64,000 nt of DNA from NCBI RefSeq assembly GCF_039654945.1, contig NW_027361688.1, forward strand, positions 2,852,001-2,916,000, given 5' to 3'. A model generated the notes under the pieces. That model was not told the origin of the DNA. It saw only the letters and a program-made list of their open reading frames with translations, and did not search any database. This DNA is from Dendrobates tinctorius (Eukaryota). A program made the position numbers and the translations under genes. This document shows positions 54,394 to 64,000 of this stretch, piece after piece (position 1 is the first letter of the stretch; every line of letters begins with the position of its first letter).

Positions 54394-57300
54394 CTAGTAC
54401 TCATCGTGAAAGGGATAATTGGGCTCTTCTTTCCAACTAAAATGGAAAAAAAAGTTAAATAAATAAAAATTAAAAGATATTTAAATAAACATAATTACTT
54501 TAGGTTTTTTCTTTTTGCCAAATATCATCTGAAACTGAATATCTTTAACGAAACTTACGAATCAAGAGTCAGGTAACGCATGTTGTTATGGATTCCATCA
54601 AGAGTTTTCATGTCTTCATCACTTATCACAAAATCAAAAACCTGTAAAAGGAAAAAAAAAATAAAATGCAAAAAAGTCTTAAAATATTTACGTTTATATG
54701 TAAAAAAAAAAAATTTTTAGATTTCAGACCCCGAATATATACAGAGGACAATGATGAGACGGAATGTGGTCAGTTATTATATCTATTTACCTGGAAGTTC
54801 TGCTTGATCCTCTCAGGGCTGTAGCTTTTTGCAAGGACGACAACTCCCCTCTGTAGAAAATATCGCAAAGCTACCTGTGCCGGAAAGCGGTGCACGTTAT
54901 TAGCGACTTTATTTAGCACAGGATCATCAAGAACTCTGGGGGAACTCTGATCATACCTGTGAGGAAAAATGAAAGGAATGTAAATTCCATAATACTACAA
55001 CTGTGTATTATTAGCAGCTGTGTTATAGTACTTATATTCTTGTACATAGGGGCAGTATTATAGGAGTTATATTCTTGTACATAGGGGCAGTATTATAGTA
55101 GTTATATTCTTGTACATAGGGGCAGCATAATAGTAGTTATATTCTTGTACATAGGAGCAGTATTATAGTAGTTATATTCTTGTACATAGGAGCAGTATTA
55201 TAGTAGTTATATTCTTGTACATAGGAGCAGTATTATAGTAGTTATATTCTTGTACACAGGGGCACTATTATAGTAGTTATATTCTTGTACATAGGAGCAG
55301 TATTATAGTAGTTATATTCTTGTACATAGGGGTAGTATTATAGTAGTTATATTCTTGTACATAGGAGCAGTATTAAAGGAGTTATATTCTTGTACATAGG
55401 AGCAGTATTATAGTAGTTATATTCTTGTACATAGGGGGCAGTATTATAGTAGTTATATTCTTGTACATAGGAGCAGTATTATAGTAGTTATATTCTTGTA
55501 CATAGGAGCAGTATTATAGGAGTTATATTCTTGTACATAGGGGGCAGTATTATAGTAGTTATATTCTTGTACATAGGGGGCAGTATTATAGTAGTTATAT
55601 TCTTGTACATAGGGGTAGTATTATAGTAGTTATATTCTTGTACATAGGGGGCAGTATTATAGTAGTTATATTCTTGTACATAGGGGGCAGTATTATAGTA
55701 GTTATATTCTTGTACATAGGGGGCAGTATTATAGTAGTTATATTCTTGTACATAGGAGCAGTATTATAGTAGTTATATTCTTGTACATAGGAGCAGTATT
55801 ATAGTAGTTATATTCTTGTACATAGGAGCAGTATTATAGTAGTTATATTCTTGTACACAGGGGCACTATTATAGTAGTTATATTCTTGTACATAGGAGCA
55901 GTATTATAGTAGTTATATTCTTGTACATAGGGGTAGTATTATAGTAGTTATATTCTTGTACATAGGAGCAGTATTATAGGAGTTATATTCTTGTACATAG
56001 GAGCAGTATTATAGTAGTTATATTCTTGTACATAGGGGGCAGTATTATAGTAGTTATATTCTTGTACATAGGAGCAGTATTATAGTAGTTATATTCTTGT
56101 ACATAGGAGCAGTATTATAGGAGTTATATTCTTGTACATAGGGGGCAGTATTATAGTAGTTATATTCTTGTACATAGGGGGCAGTATTATAGTAGTTATA
56201 TTCTTGTACATAGGGGTAGTATTATAGTAGTTATATTCTTGTACATAGGAGCAGTATTATAGGAGTTATATTCTTGTACATAGGAGCAGTATTATAGTAG
56301 TTATATTCTTGTACATAGGGGCAGTATTATAGTAGTTATATTCTTGTACATAGGGGGCAGTATTATAGTAGTTATATTCTTGTACATAGGGGGCAGTATT
56401 ATAGTAGTTATATTCTTGTACATAGGAACAGTATTATAGTAGTTATATTCTTGTACATAGGAGCAGTATTATAGTAGTTAAATTCTTGTACATAGGAGCA
56501 GTATTATAGTAGTTATATTCTTGTACACAGGGGCAGTATTATAGTAGTTATATTCTTGTACATAGGAGCAGTATTATAGTAGTTATATTCTTGTACATAG
56601 GGGTAGTATTATAGTAGTTATATTCTTGTACATAGGAGCAGTATTATAGGAGTTATATTCTTGTACATAGGAGCAGTATCATAGTAGTTATATTCTTGTA
56701 CATAGGGGGCAGTATTATAGTAGTTATATTCTTGTGCATAGGAGCAGTATTATAGTAGTTATATTCTTGTACATAGGAGCAGTATTATAGGAGTTATATT
56801 CTTGTACATAGGGGGCAGTATTATAGTAGTTATATTCTTGTACATAGGGGGCAGTATTATAGTAGTTATATTCTTGTACATAGGGGTAGTATTATAGTAG
56901 TTATATTCTTGTACATAGGAGCAGTATTATAGGAGTTATATTCTTGTACATAGGAGCAGTATTATAGTAGTTATATTCTTGTACATAGGGGGCAGTATTA
57001 TAGTAGTTATATTCTTGTACATAGGAGCAGTATTATAGTAGTTATATTCTTGTACATAGGGGGCAGTATTATAGTAGTTATATTCTTGTACATAGGGGGC
57101 AGTATTATAGTAGTTATATTCTTGTACATAGGGGCAGTATTATAGTAGTTATATTCTTGTACATAGGAGCAGTATTATAGTAGTATATTCTTGTACATAG
57201 GAGCAGTATTATAGTAGTTATATTCTTGTACATAGGGGCAGTATTATAGTAGTTATATTCTTGTACATAGGGGCAGTATTATAGTAGTTATATTCTTGTA

Positions 57301-59980
57301 CACAGGGGCAGTATTATAGCAGTTATATTCTTGTACACAGGAGCAGTATTATAGTAGTTATATTCTTGTACATAGGGGGCTGAATTATAGTAGTTATATT
57401 CTTGTACATAGGGGGCGGTATTATAGTAGTTATATTCTTGTACATAGGGGGCAGTATTATAGTAGTTATATTCTTGTACATAGGGGGCAGTATTATAGTA
57501 GTTATATTCTTGTACATAGGGGGCAGTATTATAGTAGTTATATTCTTGTACATAGGGGCAGTATTATAGTAGTTATATTCTTGTACATAGGGGGCTGAAT
57601 TATAGTAGTTATATTCTTGTACATGGGAACAGTATTATAGTAGTTATATTCTTGTACATAGGGGGGCAGTATTATAGTAGTTATATTCTTGTACATAGGG
57701 GTCAGTATTATAGTAGTTATATTCTTGTACATAGGGGTCAGTATTATAGTAGTTATATTCTTGTACATAGGGGTCAGTATTATAGTAGTTATATTCTTGT
57801 ACATAGGGGTCAGTATTATAGTAGTTATATTCTTGTACATAGAGGGCAGTATTATAGTAGTTATATTCTTGTACATAGGAGCAGTATTATAGTAGTTATA
57901 TTCTTGTACATAGGAGCAGTATTATAGTAGTTATATTCTTGTACATAGGAGCAGTATTATAGTAGTTATATTCTTGTACACAGGGGACAGTATTATAGTA
58001 ATTATATTCTTGTACATAGGGGGCAGTGTTATAGTAGTTATATTCTTGTACATAGGAGCAGTATTATAGTAGTTATATTCTTGCACATAGGAGCAGTATT
58101 ATAGTAGTTATATTCTTGTACATAGGGGGCAGTATTATAGTAGTTATATTCTTGTACATAGGAGCAGTATTATAGTAGTTATATTCTTGTACATAGGGGC
58201 AGTATTATAGTAATTATATTCTTGTACATAGGGGGCAGTATTATAGTAGTTATATTCTTGTACATAGGGGGCAGTGTTATAGTAGTTATAGTCTTGTATA
58301 TAGGGCTAATTTTGTCTTTTCCTGAAGAACCCCGGGTACTATTATGTCCTTCTCTATTACATAAGGTAAATAAATATAGTTTTTCTCACCTGGTCTCATC
58401 TCTGCTGGACCCCAGTACGCTGTATCCGACCAGCACGATATCACGAGATTTACAGAACTCCAGTAATTTGCTCTGATTCAGGAATATTTGACATTCTACC
58501 TGTATATAAAGATTTATACATCCATTTGTTAATATCTTAAATTTGATAATCAACCATAATGTTGTCATTATGACAAACCAGGAATTGGAGCACGGCAGAA
58601 AGTCTTATATACTGTATTTTGGGGTGGGATTATTAATTTTAGTGAGAAATCCATGGTAATTACCTGGTTGCACACTGGTTTGTACTTGAGTCCTGGCATG
58701 TTGAGAATCAGCTCCAGTTGCCTTCGGTTAAAATTGGAGACTCCGATGGATCTGACGAGGCCGGCGTCTCTGCACGCTTCCATAGCCTAGAAATGTCCAA
58801 ATCAGTCAGTGGTATAATATAAAGTGGGGGTCATTTTGTTGAGATCATCCCGGCGATCACAGGAAGTTGTGCTGGCTATAAACTTCCCACGCAGTGGCCA
58901 CTAAAGGTGGAGTGTGGTATTACATGCCAGCTAATCAAATGAATGGATGACCATGTAGTGGCTCCTCCTTTAGGATAATGTCATAATATGCCAACCAAAA
59001 CTGGTAGTTGATATTTTGTCTTACAGTTTGTGTTCATTTTTGATAAAAAAAAGGGCAAAAAATGTGAAAAGTGCAAATGCTTACTGAGCAATACCAAGGC
59101 TTGAACGCAATAAATTTCATGGGGTAGGAGCATTCTCCTTAAGCCAACTTTGTATATCCAGACCCCATATTTACCTTCCATGTATCTCGGATATCTGTGT
59201 TATGAAAAATCATTTTCCCATTTTCATCCATCGGATAGAGATCATCTCCAGGCTGGAGGAGAAAACGGAAAAAAAAAAATGAGACTGTGATGTCCTCTAT
59301 TTCAGCTGGAGTTTGCAGTGCAAATGTGAACAGTTTCTTACTTAATGCTGCAAAAACCATCTACTGCTCCATCATTGCTCTAACCTTAAATGCTAGGGGT
59401 GTGTGGATAATGAAGAGATCCATGTAATCCAGCTGTAGATCCTTCAGAGATTTTTCTAAGGCCGGTCGGACCCTCTCGGGAGTGTGGTTATTGCCCCAAA
59501 GCTGCAAAAAAATATACATTGAAAATGAACAAACCTGCAACTAAACATCGCCCCCTAAAGGACACTTTAATGAGAAAAATCGAGACAAATTTTAATCAAA
59601 GTTTATAAAGTTTGCTCACCTTCCCGGTGTAAAAAATATCTTCTCTTTTCACCGTCCCATCAGCAATCTTTGCTCTGATGGCTTGGCCGACCTCAACTTC
59701 ATTGTCATACATATAGGCGCCGTCGATGTGCCGATATCCAACCTCAATGGCCCTCTTGACGCCCTCTATGGCTTGTTGTTTGGTGTACTGTGAGATGTAA
59801 TGGTGATCATATTTTTATGTGCAACTTTCCAAAATAATATGAAGGGTAGAATTTTCTACAAGGAGTGAACAGCTTTACTTTCTGCTTACTCACCGTTTTG
59901 GGGGCATAGGTGCCAAACCCAATCACCGGCATTTTATGCCCATCGTTCAGAACAACACAGGAGTCCGACCTGAGAGCCAT
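54394..59980 (-). CDS. AKR1C-like aldo-keto reductase, gene D (complete, 9 exons, 324 aa)
   Basis: Exons 59894-59980, 59620-59787, 59385-59501, 59175-59252, 58664-58786, 58390-58499, 54791-54956, 54559-54641, 54394-54436. All GT-AG, 975 nt, [25 protein letters not shown]...HIDGAYMY...IIHTP...[13 protein letters not shown]. Confidence 0.95.
55025..58305. repeat. 33-34-bp minisatellite (~97 copies) in intron 6 of gene D
   Basis: Tandem GCAGTATTATAGTAGTTATATTCTTGTACATAGGA/GGG. Confidence 0.97.
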
Positions 59981-60519
59981 GGTGCAGTGTGTCCAGTGTC
60001 TTCTTCTGCACGGCTGCTCTTCCTATAACTCGTGTGCTGTTTTTCATGCGTTCTCCCTCCCTCTATCATGAAACCTCAGCCGGGAGTTGGAGTCCTTCCA
60101 ACTAATCCCTCTGAACAAAGCCCTGAGCGTCTTTGTGAGGTCCAGTCAGGGGAGAAGCTGTTTCGACACAAGTGTTGACGAGCTGCACAGGCTTTTTTCT
60201 CTTCGGTTCTCTGGTTTTGGAAGCAAAACAAGAGTTGTTTTCTGACAAACTTTCGGAAGGGAAGCCATGTCAAAAATTTACCACCCCCCCCCGGGCGTGG
60301 TCAAAAAATTCTGGAGCAGTGTAAAAAGATGAAGAAGTTACGATTAGTGAGTGAAACCCTATAAAGGGGTATTTCAGCCTAAACAAGTTATAACCCAGAT
60401 GATAACTCTTCGATTGGCGCGAGTCCCACTAGTGTTGAACTGGAGTACCTGGGGAAGAAAAAAGGAGACAGTGCCGGACTCATCTTTACCATTTGGTCTA
60501 TATTGGATTGGGTGAACTG

Positions 60520-61690
60520 GGAATACAAATCCAAATACAGTTATATCTTGACTTCAGCAAAGCATTTGACAAAGTCTCTCATACAATCCTTATTGACAAA
60601 AATGACTAATTATGGAATGGACAAGGCAACTGTTAGGTGGATTCATAACTGGCTTAGTGATCGGACCCAAAGAGTCGTCGTAAATGGCTGCACATCCAGT
60701 TGGAAGAATGTCTCAAGTGGGGTACCACAGGGCTCTGTCCTGGGCCCTGTATTGTTCAACATCTTTATTAATGATTTAGATGAAGGAATTGAGGGTAAAC
60801 TGATTAAATTTGCTGATGACACAAAGCTAGAAGGGATAGCTAATACTAGAGAAGAGAGAGAGAGGATTCAAAAAGATATAAATAAACTGAAGCAGTGGGC
60901 AGCAACTAACAGAATGGTTTTTAACAGGGAAAAATGCAAAGTGCAACATCTGGGCAATAAAAATGAAAAAAGCATATACAGAAAGGGAGGAATAGGGCTA
61001 AGCAACAGCGGCTAAGCAACAGCACATGTGAAAAAGACTTGGGTATACTAATAGATCACAGACTGGAGATGAGTCAACAGTGTGATGCAGCAGCAAAAAG
61101 GCAAATGTAATTCTAGGATGTATTAACAGAAGCATACAGTCTAGATCACGTGAAGTCATTATGGCCCTCTACTCCTCTTTGGTCAGACCTCATCTGGAAT
61201 ATTGTGTCCAGTTTTGGGCACCACATTTTAAAAAAGACATCAACAAACTGGAGCAAGTTCAGAAAAGAGCGACCAGAATGGTGACCGGTCGGCAAACCAT
61301 GTCTTATGAGGAAAGGTTGCAGAATTTGGGAATGTTTAGCTTGCAAAAGAGAAGCCTGAGAGGAGACTTAATAGCTGTCTACAAATATCTAAAGGGCTGT
61401 CACATTGTAGAAGGATCATCTTTATTCTCATTTGCACAAGGAAAGACTAGAAGCAATGGGATGAAACTGAATGGGAGGAGACACAGATTAGATATTAGAA
61501 AAAACTTTTTGACAGTTAGAGTGATCAATGAGTGGAACAGACTCCCACGAGAGGTGGTGAGTTCTCCTTCAATGGTAGTCTTCAAACAGAGGCTGGACAG
61601 ACATCTTACTGGGATGATTTAGCGAATCCTGCTTTGAGCAGGGGGTTGGACCAGATGGCCCAGGAGGTCCCTTCCAACTCTACGATTCTA
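60520..61690 (+). mobile_element. 5'-truncated CR1 LINE (RT and 3' end), frameshifted
   Basis: LDFSKAFDKVSH / SGVPQGSVLGPVLFNIFINDLDEG..KFADDTKL / LYSSLVRPHLEYCVQFWAP..LRGDLIAVYKYL..FKQRLDRHL. CR1 3' UTR ends CCCTTCCAACTCTACGATTCTA. Confidence 0.95.
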
Positions 61691-64000
61691 AAAATGGATG
61701 CACAAGATATGGAACTCCTATACCATGTGTTTTTTTTGCACACCCACTGAGTCTAATAGGCAAGTAAGATCCCAAAACATTTTAAGAGTTATGGATGATG
61801 CAATTAATTTTTTCCTTCAGGGCGACCGATATTTCATCGGAACTAGCCCACCAACTTGCACCGGTCCTTTTGTGGTCTGTTTGGCACATAAGCAACCTAT
61901 GGATAAAAAATACTCTCGTCTGAACGAGTCCTAGACTAGAGGAATGCTTCTACTGTTTGGATAGCAGATGGATGTCACTGCTCTATTGTCTTTACCAGCT
62001 TCCTGGTAGGAAACTGAAAGATCGGAACGGTTCACGTGGCTTTATTGGCAGTCATCCAATATGGAGGCAAGAATCTTGGAATGTTGCAGAACATGAACAG
62101 TGACAAACACAACTTTAGCAAAGTGTAGTGTGCCCCTGAGCGAGCTGGTGCTTTTACCTCTTTCCTGGTCTCCAAGGCCTAATTTTCACACGCATAAACC
62201 TACCACACTTCTGGTTCCTCAAAGACAGTCCCAATAGGTGCCGCTCACCTCACACGATCTCAGGACGGCCCGGCTATGGAAACCATCTCCTCCCAGACTG
62301 CCACGTTACTTCTCTGGGTTCCTCACTAAGCCTGACGTGACTTATCTTCCTGCTATCGAGCTCATGCTCCATGGAGTAGCCACAGGGCTATGACTAGCAT
62401 CACTCCCTCTCATGCAGTTTTCTAGTGCTCACCTGACTTTGGCTATGATAGCTATTTTAGGTAGCACACGCTTGTCCTCTCTGTCTGCTCACCTGGACTT
62501 TGGCCATTACAGCTACTTTAGGCAGCATGCATTTGCCTCCTTGCCCAGCTCTGATCAAGGGGCAGGATTCAGAGCAGTCCTTTCTTCTTCGTTAACATAA
62601 GTGGCCGTTTTTCTATACCCGAGACAGATACAGAGGCAATCTTCCTTCTTTACCCTGGCGCAAAACACATCTTGACATGTTTCTACCACTCATTTGCTTG
62701 CCACCACTCAGCAACATAGTCCCTGCTCGCCACACGTTCCCTCTGCATCTGACACTGTCAGCAGTGACCTCTGTCTGTCACTCACTGTCTAATCAAGCTC
62801 TCTTGGTTTCCACAAGAAACCACATTTTAACTCATAAGCTTTTATAGCTTTATCATCCTCACGGACACACATATTGGATTCCTGAGAATGGATAAACGTA
62901 GACTTAGACAAGTGCACTGAACATAAATTCACGTGAGATCTGGAAACACACAGGTCGTCATCTTCCTCTGGCAGAGCTGTGACCGTGTAATAAAAAATAA
63001 AAGTGGAAGAACAATGCAAAATCATAGATGAAACCTTAATTAGTACAAATACATATTAATGAGAGGTGATTGCAGTGAACAAGGAAACCGCCCAAAGTCT
63101 AATCCACCCCTATGATCTCTAGTTTTGACTACATGATAAATCTAGTGGAAAAAAACCCCCAAAAGTTGGAAGTTCATTGCGCCAGAAAATGGTTAAAATC
63201 AGTTCTCGTTATCGGTTCCTTCTGGTCTCAACACAACTTCCTTGACCAATCACATTTTCAAAATGTCAGAAACTAAGGTATAACCCTTTCTTACACCAGA
63301 ACAACAACAACTTTATAGAAGAAGACTTCTCGTGGACCCCTCGTGGATGGATCAGTAATGGTGAGTTCTGGGATGGCATCCGCATGGCACAAGCTCAGGG
63401 ACCGGACCTGCATCAGCTGAATTTTTTTGAAGCCTTTTAATGTGACTTTTTTATTGTGCAAAAATAAACATTAATAGTGGAAATCCAGTTACCAAGTCAC
63501 TTATACTGTAGTAGTCGTATCTGTAGCCACCAGTTCAGCATTTCTCTTACTTTCTACCACTCTGGATTAGGAGTAAATCTCCCTAAATAGTGAGCATTTC
63601 ATACTCCTAGAAAGAGTTCTGAAAGCTGTCACTAGAGGGCGCTTCCTCCATATACTGTATAGGTCACTGCTGATTCACATGGAGCTGAGCTGTTACTCGG
63701 CTGTTTCATTTTCAGACCGGAGAGCTCTGTCTCTTCTCCAAAGACATTCTCTCACCAGGTCATTTAACCCGACTCAGACAGTGGGATTCAGATAATTTCC
63801 CTACAGCTACATCTCTGTACACTATTTAGTATCTCGGCTCTGCTTTACCAAGACTCTAGTACCCCGACTCTGCTATTCTAGCTCTATTTCTTCTATCCTC
63901 CACTGCCACCTCAATGCTGCTCCAGCCCAGTATTTTCTGGTCTCCACTGCCACCTGTCATACACAGTGTAGGACAGACTAAGTGAAACACAAAGGGTTAA

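Noticed and set aside
62124-62734. Possible solo LTR (TGTAGTGTGCCCCTGAG...GCCACA)
   Set aside because: No target-site duplication or second copy found, so the boundaries are unsupported.

Overview
Vertebrate genomic DNA, most likely an anuran frog (inferred from the repeat landscape and rho-crystallin-family paralogues). The window holds a tandem cluster of four aldo-keto reductase family 1 (AKR1C-like) genes with the canonical 9-exon structure. Gene A (minus, exons 1-6 in window, 995-16666) and gene B (minus, complete, 29430-38046) are close duplicates. Gene C (plus, complete, 45921-52880) and gene D (minus, complete, 54394-59980) are convergent. All four keep the Asp-Tyr-Lys-His catalytic tetrad but differ at substrate-pocket positions. 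Introns and spacers are filled with mobile DNA: an apparently intact self-priming chromovirus (Tf1/sushi-type Gypsy), a non-autonomous tRNA-Ser-primed LTR element nested in a hAT element nested in a TTAA MITE, solo LTRs, a Helitron, a Tc1, a CR1, MITEs and several minisatellites. The most unusual item is a ~1.18-kb non-coding insertion in intron 7 of gene B. It consists of ~2.9 copies of a ~401-nt unit, each carrying a minimal type I hammerhead ribozyme (retrozyme/Penelope-type), and it has a twin-priming-style inversion. Most long ORFs in the supplied track are artefacts of tandem repeats.
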